DNA from: Camelus ferus
Lineage: Eukaryota
Length of the DNA: 64,000 nucleotides
Assembly (NCBI RefSeq): GCF_009834535.1
Contig: NC_045697.1
Location: 74,030,001 to 74,094,000 of the forward strand
Reading direction: 5' to 3'
A model generated the notes under the pieces. The model searched no databases, was not told the origin of the DNA, and saw only the letters and a program-made list of their open reading frames with translations. Positions 13,156 to 26,256 of this stretch are shown in pieces; position 1 is the stretch's first letter, and every line of letters begins with the position of its first letter. The position numbers and the translations under genes are program-made.

Positions 13156-13329
13156 TAGAGTTGACAGATAAGACATAGAACACCCAATTAAACCTGAATT
13201 TCAGATAAATAGCAAATTATTTTTTTGTATAGGTATGTCCCAAGTATCACATGAGACATTTATACTGAAATCTGAAATTTAGATTTAAGTTATGTCCTAT
13301 ATTTCTGCCTGTTAAATCTGATCATCCAT
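13156..13329. mobile_element. MER53-like palindromic hAT MITE
   Basis: cccaattaaacctgaatttcagataaatagcaaattatttttttgtataggtatgtccca...gagacatttatact matches the recalled self-complementary MER53. Confidence 0.75.
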
Positions 13330-13945
13330 TTCTAAAGTAATCCTCTACTCCCATAACAAGGCAAAGCCATCAACAGAAATATTAAAAAAGAAAAAATATT
13401 AAAGCCAGCACTGCAAATTTAAAAAACTGAATAACTTTGAAAAATTATAAATAAATCCAATAAAAATATTCTGACAAGTAACCAGCAGAACCTAGGAGAG
13501 CCAAAAGACTGACACTTTTCACCTTGGACACATCATGAGAATGGCTGTTTCAAGAAAGAAATGGAAGGTATATACAACGGACTTAGGAGATCCTTGCATG
13601 ATGTGTAAGATACAAAAGAGGGGAGATTACAAAGCCCTTTGTCACTATTTCTTCAATAGGCGTCCCTCCACTTTTTTTTTTTTTTTTTTTAGCATTTTAT
13701 TGCTACAAACAGTGCCACCTTCCTCACTAACAGCCTTTCAGTTAATCAAGAATGTAATCTGGGTTGCAACACACTTTCCTCAGGATTTAAGGAAGTGATT
13801 TTGATTTTGAATGTTTAAAGGTGTAATAAAAGGTATTCTACTGAGAAACACTTATTTTCTCAGAATTGGCCCTTATATAAAAATAGTTAACACGGATTGA
13901 TACTTATTTATTGATTCAAAAAAATTATTATTTAGTTTTTTTTAC

Positions 13946-14109
13946 TAGGGGAGAGCGTGAACACAGTCCCCCACTACCACAAATTATGCAGTCAAGTTTC
14001 CCACATTTGGGGAAATCACAGGGGTCAGCACATCCAGGTTGCAATGGATAAGCCTGGCCCTGGGAAAACCACCTTCGTCATCATGGTATCTCCCCTGCCA
14101 GGTAAGTAT
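13946..14109 (-). pseudogene. Full-length U1 snRNA retropseudogene (RNU1-like)
   Basis: Minus strand reads ATACTTACCTGGCAGGGGAGATACCATGAT...AATTTGTGGTAGTGGGGGACTGTGTTCACGCTCTCCCCT (164 nt), followed by an A-rich tail. About 11 substitutions vs recalled human U1, many at CpGs. Confidence 0.95.
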
Positions 14110-14149
14110 CAAAAGTAGCTATGAGCAGTTTGGATTTTACAGTTCTTAA

Positions 14150-14322
14150 GCAGAGAGGTTCATGAGAAGCACCAGGGAGCTTTTAAAATATACAGATCCT
14201 TAGACACTACTTCTCAGAGAGCCTAATTCACCAGGTTTAAAGACGAGGACAATGCATTTGAATGTCTGAATGATTTCCCTAGGAAACTGCGCTGTGCTAT
14301 ACGTTGTTGGAGAGAACTACTG
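14150..14322. mobile_element. MER5-like hAT-Charlie MITE, degraded
   Basis: gaagcaccagggagcttttaaaatatacagat...gagaactactg. Confidence 0.55.
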
Positions 14323-14689
14323 TGATAGTGTCCTCAGTTCAGACTTCAACTGAACTGAGTGGGGAAAACAGGTTAAAATGGAAGGGAGGGAGCTTTGCTA
14401 ATCAATAACAGAGTACATTTAAAGGAACTGAGGGAGAAAAGCAATTTATTAGGTAAGGACAAAGGAAATAAAAACTTAACAATCATGAATATATTTTACA
14501 AATCAAACAGTGATAAAAAAAATAAGGAAAACATGGGCAAAAGTGAGTTAAAATTCAGAAGATTTTGACTTTAAATTATCTAGATGCATAAAATTTATAT
14601 CCAGAAACTTTTATCCCCCAAATTTTTAAGCAAAAATAAAATTATTTTGTTGTATTCTTTGAAAATGTGGAGAAAAAAATAGCTGTTAA

Positions 14690-14900
14690 GAGACTAAGTT
14701 TGAAATCTGGCTTAAATCCTGGCTCCATCACACACAGGGACCTTAGATAGGTCCATTAATCTCTACATGGCCTCAATCTCCTCATATGTAAAATGAATAT
14801 AATAATGATACAGATCTTGCACATATCTAATATTGTGAATATTAATTAGATAATATATAAAACCCTTTGAACCTGAAAAATAGTAGAGTTCAAAAAATAT
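14690..14900 (+). mobile_element. MIR SINE
   Basis: aaatcctggctccatcac...cctcaatctcctcatatgtaaaatg core. Confidence 0.7.
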
Positions 14901-16691
14901 CAATTCTTATTGTTAATAGATTCCTTATCATTACCTAGGTGGCTACAGCAAAATGACTCCAGAGCACAGACACAGTTACTCTCACAGTAAAGATGATTAG
15001 AATCGGCACAGAAGGAACGGTGTCAGGCTTTAGAAAAACTAGCCAGAGACATTCTCTAGCTGTGCCCCTCAGGAAACCTGGAAACCATGCAAGTCCTATC
15101 AAAGACTGAAAAAGCTTGTCAGAAAGTTACCTTTAGGAAGGAGATGAAATACGTCTTCGGACAACTGAAGACCCCTTCGTTTTAGAGGAGCTCATCACAT
15201 TAACATCTGACTTAGAATGTCTGCCCATAAAGAAGAGCTCAGTCTATCAGTTACTAGGATAGTCAGGGCTAGATGACATTTAATTATACCCAGTTTCTTC
15301 AGTTTGTTAATTAATTGTACTATTTAAGTTAGGAAGAATTACCTCAATTTTAAGACTGCTGAAAAAAAAAAAAAAACAGTGATCTACACAGCAGTAAGAA
15401 ACATGGAAGATCAGCTACTTGACAGTGTCACTCTAGCCCGCAAGAGAAGCTGATTCTGAAGCTGTCATGCCCAAGTATTCATGCAGAGGCAAGATGAGCC
15501 TTTTGATGACTTGGATAAAATATTCCCTGAGACTGACTAATTCTTTACTCCATGTTACTTTATTCCAATGACTTCATTAAATGTGTCTGTGGATTCCCAG
15601 ACCCAGTGCTGCAGAACAGGGACTCCACTGTATTCGCAGCAGTAACCCTACCACCAGCACAGTACCTCTCAGGAGCCCCTCTGTCAGTATCTGTCAGAAG
15701 AATGAATGGCTTCCCAGCTTCTCCTCATTCAAAGAGAACGGTGAAGCTGGGTAGGACTCTGCTCTCCAGAAAGACTGTGTACTTTCACCTCCTACAGTTA
15801 GGCTTACCCAGGGTCAGCTGTTTTTGTTTCCAAGCCTTTTATGTCAGTTGCTCTCGTTACTATAATTTCATAATTTAAGCTGTAATTACACTCATGGATG
15901 AAGGCAGTGTGGAAAGAGAACTGTGTCTAGGAACACTGAGTAGGCTCTAAAACTGCTGAGGCTCTAAAAAGCCTCAAAAAAGGAGAATCACTATAAAACC
16001 TTGGTGTCAAGTTAGGTGCGGGTAACACAACTATAAAAGGTTAGAGGGAAAAAAACCCTAAACATTTACAACACTTTTTAAGTATAAGGAGTTTAAGGAT
16101 TACAGGATCTGAACATTATTTTCCATTATATATTAAGTTAGACTATATATAATCAATACGGAATCTATACAGAAAAAGTCTTAGCCCTTATATCCAAAGA
16201 CTGATAAGTAAATGTACATTTAAATGTTTTAAAGTAAAATAAAATGTTTCAGTTATATATGTTACTATTGTTTGATTCCCCTCAGTCAACCACCTGGTGA
16301 CCAAGATCATGTTGGATAAGGAGGCGTTTTATTGTTCTTACCAAGCAAATGGTGTGGTAGTTATCATATAAATTAAATAACCATATGTTTGCATGTTGAA
16401 AAATTGTTGTTTACTCCACCTTTGCATATATCACACTGTATTATAACTGAATGCCTGTCTACTTGACAGTATCCCCCACTAAACTATAAATCCCTTGGGA
16501 AAAGGGACCATGTCAATTCCTAGTTTCACAGTGCCCAGCACTTGGTAATACCTTCTAAATAGGTGCTCTGCAAACATTTTTTAAATAAAAAAAAACTGCA
16601 ATTCTCAAAAAAATCAGATGAGTAGTATTGCATGGCTCCACAGTACCAATTAATAATCAAATAACATTACATTGAAAAGACAAATTCTTAC

Positions 16692-16777
16692 CAATTTATA
16701 GCCCCTCCATCACACTTCTCCATAAGCAATGCTTTCCAACATTCATGAGTAGATTTAATAACTTCAAGAGCAAAAGC
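16692..16777 (-). CDS. PPA2: PPA2 exon 9: AFALEVIKSTHECWKALLMEKCDGGAIN(C)
   Basis: Acceptor gtaactag, donor TG|gtaaga, 86 nt; resembles human AFALEVIKSTHQCWKALL. Confidence 0.96.
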
Positions 16778-16854
16778 CTAGTTACAAATCAAAAATAGAC
16801 ACAGCAATCACATCATTATACTAACATGGAACTATTCACAGTATGACAGTTAAT

Positions 16855-17320
16855 TGTTAAGAACATGAGCTATGGAGTCGGGCAAACCTGAGTATAAACT
16901 CTGACATCCTTATTTCCAGCTGTGTAACTTTGTGCAAATTACTTAATCTCATTGTCCTAATCTCTTCATGTATAAATGGAATGTAATGAAGATAATCTAA
17001 ATCAGAGGTTGGGAAACTTGGGCCCGTGGCCCAAATCCGGCCCGCCACCTGCTCTTGTAAGTAAAGTTTTACTGAATACAGTTAAGCCCCTTCACTTGTG
17101 CATGGCCCATGACTGCTTTAGCGCCACAATGGAAGAGCTGGGTAGTGTGACAGAGACTCTGTGGCCTACAAAGTCGAAAATATTTACTATCTGGTCTTTT
17201 ACAGAAAAAAGTTTGCCAACCCCTGATTTAAATCACAGAGTCGTTGAAAGAATAAGATGTATACAAAGGGTTTAGCTTAGTGCCTGGCTTGTAAATAAGC
17301 ATATACCTCTTGATTTCATC
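16855..17320 (+). mobile_element. MIR SINE interrupted by MER58A
   Basis: The MIR core (agctgtgtaactttgtgcaaattacttaatctc) resumes after the MITE (cacagagtcgttgaaagaataagatg). Confidence 0.7.
17003..17225 (+). mobile_element. MER58A hAT-Charlie MITE, full length
   Basis: TIRs cagaggttgggaaact / agtttgccaacccctg; 8-bp TSD atctaaat/atttaaat. Confidence 0.88.
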
Positions 17321-17985
17321 ATCATGAAATCAAAGCTGTAAGTAGCCTAATTGCATAATCATTTTAGACTATCCACTGTCTGAAGATAGGAAACCTAATA
17401 TTTTCTAATTTTTTCTTAATATGAATTCATATAGTATCTAAAAAGGCAAAATCAACAATAGATATGTATCTAGTAAGATCATCAAAGGAAAACTTGCTTT
17501 ATTATTCCAAAGCAGAAAATTCTCTAGATTTTTTTCCTTCCCAAAATGTTGGTAATTTTCGTTAGGCAGAGCTCTTACGTATTAACTCATTTGTGCTAGC
17601 TCCTTTCTCTTTCAATGACAACTAAACACATTATGATAAGAATGAAGAAAATAGAGAGTCTTGGGAACTGAGGCTGAATGATGGGGAAATTTACTTCTGA
17701 AGAGAAAACATTCCCTCAGGTCTGCTGTTGCCTGAGATGAAGGAAACAGACATAGATAAACAGATGGATAAAGGTATTTATTAGTCTTATTGATTCACTT
17801 AGAGAGATCTCCTCAAACTTTTTTAAAAATAAAAAAATGATAAAATAATGTCCTTAAATATGAAAGTCAGTAAAAAGCACTTTTGTTGTGTAATACACAA
17901 ATATTCACATAAGAACCCCCCAAAGTGAAAGAAGTATTATACAGGTATCACAGGCACATTTAAAAATAAAGATTAGCATCTTCAC

Positions 17986-18113
17986 CTTGTTTTGGAATTC
18001 TCCATTAAAAGCAAACTGGTTTTCTGGTTTTCCCTCTGGTACCTTATAAAATCTAAACCAATTAAGAGTAGCTTCCAAGTAACCAGGCTTGTACTTCCTA
18101 ACATCGTCAATAT
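17986..18113 (-). CDS. PPA2: PPA2 exon 8: (D)[42 protein letters not shown]
   Basis: Acceptor cttacag, donor AAG|gtgaag, 128 nt; WFRxYKVPxGKPEN motif. Confidence 0.97.
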
Positions 18114-20814
18114 CTGTAAGTGAAAAAACAAAGACTTTTTGTTAAAAAAAGAAAAAACCAAAATCCACTCCCGTTAGTGGCAGAGCATTGGACTGGGGCA
18201 GTCAGTCCGACTCTGCTCCTAACTGGCGGCATAATCATCAGCATGTATCATATCACCTCCAAACTTCCATTTCTTCCTATGTAAAATATTACTCCTTCAC
18301 TCTGCAAACATTTCTTGAGCATCTTCGGATACCGTGTTAGGTAGGTATGGGGGATAAGGAGATGAGGACAACAGTTTTTTCCTCAAGGATCTCAAAGGTT
18401 TAATTTTAAGAAACCAGGCAGAGAGACAACAAATTGCATTGAAGTGAGAAGATTAAGTGAGATATACTTAAAGACTGACGTCATTCTGAGGACAACGGCG
18501 TGGGGGCGGCTCAGAGAATGGAGAGTTACCGTGTTTTAGATGTTCTAAGTTAAAGGAAAGGAATGTTGAAGGTAGGACAGAAAGGGCAGTGTCCAGAAGA
18601 GAACGCACTAAAGTTGAATGAGAAGGGTTTCATGTGTTCCTGCATGAAATATATAGTAAATTTCTCATTATGTGTCAGATACTGTTCTAAGCAATGAAAT
18701 AGAACGACAATCAGAAACAAGTCGCTGTTCACGTGCTTCTATAGTAGGAAGAGAAAAACAGCAAATAAAGAAACAAATACACAATTTAGGAGAGAAAAGT
18801 CTGATGAAGAAAAATAAATCAGAGTAGGCAAGACAGACAGTGTGGTCAGGGCAATTTTAAACACAGTGATACCTGGATGGTTCAGAGTTTTTCATTTCAA
18901 ATTAGTAATAATTTACAGGATTTATTTTTAAGTTCTATTACCACATAAACAGCTTAACCAATACATTTTGAGGACATTCGTTTAAAAATAATTGGAAATA
19001 TTACTGCATTAGTAATAGACCCCTCCCCGAAAAGAGGTCCCCAAGGAATGTATCATTTCCCAAAATATCAATTCAAAAAGTATAAGAAATAACTAAATAA
19101 ACCTAGAAGTCTTTACTCTCCACCAGAAAGTAAGGGAAATGCAGCATAGTCCTTTAGTAATGATACATCATGGCAAATGACAAACAGACTTGGTAGCACT
19201 TCAAAAATTAGAAAGCTATAACTAAAAACAGGAGATTACACCATGCATAGGGATAATTTAAAGATCACTTGGTTTCAGACTTGCTCATCCAAACCTCATG
19301 GGAATCCCCACTCACAAAGCAAGACAGGAAAAGGTAAGCATTTTGCAGGTAGGGGTTAGACAGATAGGAATTAACCTTTTCCTTTTTATCCTTGCCTTGT
19401 GCCTGTTACGCAGAGGTTCAGCAGGAGTGACATGTCTCCAGAGGTCAGACGTTTCGCATAAGTGAAAGAACTGTGGTAAGGCGTAGAGACCCTGGCAAGC
19501 AGGAGACTGAGTATGCTGCCTAAAGGCCTGCAAATTTAAAATTTTAAAATATGTCAACAGGCCACACATCTAGCTGAAGTAATTCTGAAGCAAATAGAAA
19601 TGTTACAACTAACTAGGAAAAAAAGAATCACCTAAAACTGAACACAGACTACAGAACTGTTCATCATTGTCAATATATATTTATTCAGTAAGTGATGGAA
19701 GATGTTTAAAACAGTGAATTCTGAAGATACAACTTTTTAGTCTTATATATTGTATCTTAGATCACAAAGTTCTTTGTTATGCTCAAAATAGAAGATTCAG
19801 TAAAGATTTCACTTAATTAAATAATGACTATTTTTTCTGTTTCTTATCAAAAGAGCTTCTCTTCAAAGTGAGCTTTCTATTGACGACTTTGCTACATTTG
19901 ATCTCTAGTTTTGCAAAAACACTGTAAATTAACTAACACTGACTTCCTCCAACTCACTGTTTCCTTATTCAGAGGGAAAAAATATCTTTTAGTCCATTGA
20001 AAGTGAGAAACTAGAAATGCACTTTAATCAATGTCCAAATTAAATTATTTTCTATTACTTAAATCTGATTTATAACCTCATTGTACCCTGTCCTGTCAAC
20101 TGTTCCCTGACCCACAGCATAAACCTTTTTTTGATCATTGCTTTCTAATACACTGACTTCAAGTAAGAAAGGAAAAGCTACGTTATCCAGCATCTGTCTC
20201 AGCTGGTATGGCTTTCCCTTCAGAAGTTATGAAGAGGACTTGTTAAGAAAAGACATCAATAATAAAAACGTGAACATTTAATAATGTTAATAAGAAGTGT
20301 AACTTTCCAAATATAAGCTAAATGTTTCCATTCTCAATTAATTATACCCTGGGAGAAAACAGCTGCATTTTCACACACACAAAAAAAAACCCAAAAATTT
20401 TTAAATAAGCAATTTAAATATTTTTAAAACCTCAACAGCAAATGCCTCAAGTCGAAATATTATATGCAACACCAACAATCAGTTCAATGAATTACTCTTC
20501 CAAAAGTATGAAAAATTCCACCTAAAATCTATAAACTCACTTACAGTTCATAAAATATTTTTATATAAATAACCTCATTTGTTCCTCATAAAACTCGTAA
20601 GAGTTGAGAAGAATAAGTAAATTCACATTAAACATAAGAAAACTACAGCTAAGAAAATGTAAAAGATTTCCCAAAATGTATGTATTCAACTCACTCATGG
20701 TAGAACTAGTACTCATAAATACAGGTCCTCTAATTCCATGAATTCTGCCTTTTCTTCCATATTGCACATTAATAATTTGTCACAGCTTTATTTATATTAT
20801 TTTTCATGTATAGA

Positions 20815-20955
20815 TGTATTTTTATTTTAGTTTTATTGTAGTAACATATACATAAAATTTACCATTTTTAAGTGTTTGATTCAGTGGCTAATATTAAGTA
20901 CAACCACAATGTTGTGCAACCATCACTATTATCCATTTCCAGAATTATTTCATTA
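20815..20955 (-). mobile_element. L1MB-like 3' end
   Basis: aaatttaccatttttaagtg...cacaatgttgtgcaaccatcac...tttccagaa. Confidence 0.7.
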
Positions 20956-21619
20956 CATGTATTTCTTACAATATGTTATTTTAAGAAAAGCAGCAATTTT
21001 CTAGTAGTCATTTATTCCCACTCTTGGAATTAATTTTATGTGAAAATTTCTATTATATACGTATAATTTTCAAGATGAACTAATCCAACAATAAAAGCTA
21101 GAATAATCTAGAAGAGCTCTTTTATATAATCAAGCAAAGTTTATTTCAGTTTCTGTTTTTAACTACAAGTCAAATTCTTTTAAATTAAGATCTTCTTGAT
21201 CAACTCCCTGGATGACTGACAAAGACTCTCCACTTCTGTAAAATATTCTGACGGATGTCCACAGTGGTCTATCTGCTGGGTCTATCTGAGACAACTCTAG
21301 AATAAAGCCCACACTTTACTCCCAGTATTAAGTTTTAGCTTTAGAAAGCATCAGGTGTGTTTATTCCCAAAACATTTATGCCAACCGTGACTGTTCTTAT
21401 AATTAGGATAGTTAATAAAATTTTATAAGGTAGTGATTTTATCAGTACAAAAAATATGTTTTTTTCTATAAAATTAACTTGTTTTAAAAGAATTTAATAG
21501 ACTGCTAAAACTATCTGTTGTCAAAGTAAGCCTGAGTAAGAAAACAGATATAGATGAGACAAAGGCCTAAAAATGTACAATTATGCATGTAGATTGCTCT
21601 GCAAATAAAAATCCTTTTT

Positions 21620-22110
21620 CAGATATGAGAGGTCAGGGACAGCATCTGATCCAAAGTATTTCAGTCAATTCTTAGATGAAGTGTGGGAGCAACTCATTCA
21701 AGTACCCAGAAGAGGAGCCCTTAAGGCTAAGTGCCAATATTCTGGGGTTTGAGTGTGTGTAAAATGTTTGACAAGGACAGTGAGAAAGCCCTGTGTTTGG
21801 AGCAGGGCAAAGTAAGAGTGTTAGGTGTGATCAGCGAAGCAGCCAAAGAGGACTCTAAGGGTCAACTGTGGACTCCGCCCTTCACTTCGCCATGAGAAAC
21901 CACTCCAGGATTTGGGGCAGCGGAGTACATGTCTTAGGAAGATTCTATGTGCTTTGTCAGGAAAAGATTGTGCAGAGGAAGGAGTGGAAGCAGGAAATCC
22001 AATATGAAATGTGAGTCTCCACACAGGTGAAATGTGGTGAGGGCTTCGATGACTGTAGTTGTATGGAGATGGTGAAAAATGGTCAGTTTTGGATATTTTT
22101 AGCAAGCAGA
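21620..22110 (-). mobile_element. L2 fragment
   Basis: ggagatggtgaaaaatggtcagttttggatatttt, characteristic antisense L2 text. Confidence 0.65.
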
Positions 22111-24902
22111 ATGGAAATCAATTATCAATGAAAGAAAATATTAAAAACAACAAAAACTAGGAAAGACCAGACTTACATAAAACTTAAATTATCAAAGAGC
22201 TAAAAAGGACTAGTCTGTAACATTAAGTAACAATTTCAATTAAAATACAATTAAAAGTAGTCACCTAAATATATATTACCCTACTTTTTAAAAATTTTCA
22301 TAAAAGGTGTCATAACTTCTGACAGTGTAGAGCCATGATTTACTTTATAACAGAACTGTTTCCAAATCTGAAAGTTTAATTAACAAAGATTATATGAAGT
22401 CTCCTTAAGTGAAATTTTATGTTAAAACTAAAGATATATGATTTATAAATAACCATTGTTCTGTACAAATCCATTGAAAATTTAAAAATTTATCATTAAA
22501 TGTTAGCTAAAAAGCAAAACAGAAAATAATGATGCAATATAACAAATTTTAAAGTTCAATTTGGTTTTTTGAAATCCAGAGCTCTACATTTTAATTTAGT
22601 TTTTCTTAATTTTGACTTCGAAACATGTAAAAGCAAAGACATTAAGCTAAAATATTTTAGTCCAAAACCTACCATTCTATTTCTGTAGACATGAGAGGTT
22701 CACAACACTTTCCACTTTTTAAAAGCAATCTTCCTGACATCGTTTTCTTTCATCAGGAATACTGTAAACCTTTCATCATATAATCAAGTTTCTTTTCAGT
22801 ATAAACCAGTTCACATCTTTTTTAAAACATAACTGAATATCACAAATTGTGATGTACTAAGCAAAAAAAAAAAAAGGTCTCATAATCGACTTTCTTTCAA
22901 ATCTTTGTTATAAAAAAATACACTCTCTTACACTAGGGGTAGTTTCTAATTACAAGTATTTGCCAAGACTTCCATTTTACCCAGATTTCAGACTTAAAGA
23001 TACTTTCATACTCTATTTTTGCCAAATAAGTAAATAGTAATGATGTAATGATGTAAAAACTTGAGTTGGTAAGGTTCATTTTATACATACAGCCCATGAA
23101 CAATGAGAGACAGAGAGAAATATCCAAAGTATGAAATCCTTTTAATCTAGAGACATAAAACACCAATGAACTTTAAAAGTAATTATTTACTAAAAACAAA
23201 AAAAATTAAGAAATTTTAAGCATAAGAAAATTATGACAATACATTCTGCATTTAATATCTTTAAAATATTTACTGATATTGTTATTAATTAATATTGAAA
23301 ATAATTAATTTTAAATATTTTAAATAACTCTCTTGCCTACCAAAGATGAGCCACACCCATTCCCCCCCAATTTTTATATAATTAAATATTGGATATTAAA
23401 AACAAACAAAAAAGAAAAACATACTCTTACTTAATAAATAATTTTCTGGTCCAAAACAAAATCAAAACTCTAACTGAGAATTATTCAGAAAATAATGAGA
23501 CTAAGAACACTCAGAAAGTTTCTAAGAAGAAATAAGGTAAACCAGGGAGAACGCCCTGTTTGGAATCAGCACTAAGTTCAGATCCCACTTCCAGGACTCA
23601 CATACCATGTTATTGTGGGAAAGTACATTACTTTGCTTCTTCAAAAACAAAATTAAAAAAAGACATTAAGGTTGTGAGGATAAAATAATATATGAAAATC
23701 ACCTAATAAAAATCAGGAGTAATTATTAGCAAATAATAATTACCATCTGTCCAATCCTTTAAAACCTTGTCCATGAGATGGAGCCCAAGATACTCAAGCA
23801 GGACACCTATAACCTTACCTACTTTTATCTCTCAAAAATAAATAATAAACAAACATGAACTGATGACTTAAAAAATTACTAAACATATTTTTATTAATAC
23901 TACAGTTATTTTTAATGTGTGTAAGTCTACTAAAAAGGCAATATAGCTTGGCACAGATAATAATGCAAACAAACACTAAAAGTAACATTCATAAACTTTT
24001 TCTACAAACATACCTTTTTTTCCTATGGCAAAGATCAGGCTTCAAATGAATTTGTAACTAATTGCTTATTCAATGATAGTCATATTTATCTTTGCTTCTA
24101 GTGTCACTGGAATTTAGTTTTTATAAAGGTATTTTCATTTCTAGTATGTTTAAGTTAAATTCAATTAACCAACTTTTTCTTTAACATTTGAAACAGAGAG
24201 GGAATATATAAATAAAATTACTTTTACTACTGAAATGAGACTTGCACTTAGTTCAAGTACATTAACCAAATTATCAGCAATTAAAAACAATGCTCAACTT
24301 TCCAAAGCATTTTGCTTTACAGAAAACAGAAACATCTGACAAAGATGAGGCAGAGAATTCATGTTTCAACACACTTCCTCAGGTTAGCCCACAGCAAGAT
24401 AAATCAATTATAAAAAAAAAAGAAAATACAAAATACTTAAATAAGCACCCTGCTGGATCAATATGGAACAGAAACACCTGTCAGGTAAAAGCAGGATAAC
24501 CATATGAGTTAGTGTTCAACCTGGAATATTTGAAACTCCCAATAAGAGAAGAAGCAGTCAACAGAAATCAACCCTGAGTGACCCATACAAACAAGGATTT
24601 TAAAGTAGTTACTATGAGTATGTCCAAGGACTCTGAGGAAAGTACAGTCACAAAAAATGAAAGAGAAATTTCAGTGGAGGAATAAAAACCATGAAATTAT
24701 CAAAAAAAAAAAAAAAGAGGGAGTATCTGAAATGACAAGTCATATGAATTTAATAGCAGAACTTAGATATGGACAAAAAAAAACTGGGAAGTATAAGACA
24801 GATCAATAGAAATTATCGAGTCTAAAGAACAGTAAGGAAGAAAGACTGCAAAGGCATGAAGAGGGTTTCCGTGACCTCTGAGACAATTAAAAGTGGTCTA
24901 AA

Positions 24903-26256
24903 TACACCATATGCAAAAACTAACTCAAAATGGATTAAAGATTTGGAATGTAAGACCTGAAATCATAAACTTCCTAGAGGAAAACAGGCTGTAATCTCAC
25001 TGGTATCAGCCTTAATGACATTTTTGTGGATCTAATGACATTTTTGTGGATCTGACTCCAAACGCAAGAGAAACAAAAGCAGAAATAACGAAAGGGACCA
25101 CATCAAACTAAAAAGCTTTTGCACAGCAAAGGAAATATCATCAAAATGAAAAGGCAAGAGGCAAGGGTACAGCTCAGTGGTAGACATGCTTAGCATGCAT
25201 GAGGTCCTGGGTTCAATCTCCAGCACCTCCATTAAAAAAATACATAAACCTAATTACCTTCCCCCAGCCTCCCAAAAAAGAAATGATAAAAAAGGCTACC
25301 TACTGAATGGGAGAAGATTATTTGCAAATCACATATCTGATAATGGGCTAATATCCAAAATATATCAAGAACTCATACAACTCAACAACAACAACAAAAC
25401 TCTAATTAAAATACAGGCAAAAAACTTGAATATATATTTCTCCAAAGACGATGTACAGATGGCCAATAGGCACATGAAAAGATGTTCAACAACACTAATT
25501 ATCAGGGAAATGCAAATCAAAACCACAATGAGATATCACCTCACACCTGTTAGAATGGTTATTCTCAAAAACAAGAAATAACAAGTGTTGGAGAGAATGT
25601 AGAGAAGAGGGAGCCCTTGTACACTACTGGCAGGGCTGTAAATTGGTGCAGGCATTACAGAAAATAGTATGGAGATTCCTGAAAACATTAAGAATAGAAC
25701 TACCATATGATCCAGCTAATCCACTCCTGGGTATTTATACAAAGAACATGAAAACACTAATTTGAGGAGGTATATACAACCCTTATGTTCACTGCAGCAT
25801 TATTTACAACAGCCACGATCTGGGAATAACCCAAGTGTCCATCAACAGATGCATGGATAAAGAAGATGTGGTATATAAACACAATGGAATAATACTTATA
25901 GTCATAAAAAAAGAATGAAATCCTGCCACTTGGAACAACGTGGATGGATCTTGAAGGTATTATGCCAATTGAAATAAGTCAGAGGGACAAAGACGAATAC
26001 TGTATAATTTTACTCACACGTGGAATCTAAGAAAACAAAAAACAAAACAAATGAACAAACAAAACAAAAACAATGTCAGATGCAGAGATTAGACCATCAT
26101 TACCAGAGATGAAGGGGTTGGGGGAAATGGGTGAAGGGGGTCAAGCGTATGGTGATGGATGGCAAGTAGACATTTGGTGATCACTCTGTAGTGTACACAG
26201 ATGCTGAATTATAATGTTGTACACCTGGGATTTATAGAATAATAATTTATTATTAT
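24903..26256 (+). mobile_element. 5'-truncated L1 (L1MA9/artiodactyl-type), ORF2 end and 3' UTR
   Basis: [32 protein letters not shown] in ORF 25177..25581; TSD aagtggtctaaa at 24891-24902 and 26257-26268. Confidence 0.88.
25158..25280 (+). mobile_element. Vic-1-like tRNA-Ala SINE inside the L1
   Basis: GGTACAGCTCAGTGGTAGACATGCTTAGCATGCATGAGGTCCTGGGTTCAATCTCCAGCACCTCC; degenerate TSD aaatg..aaaaggc. Confidence 0.85.
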
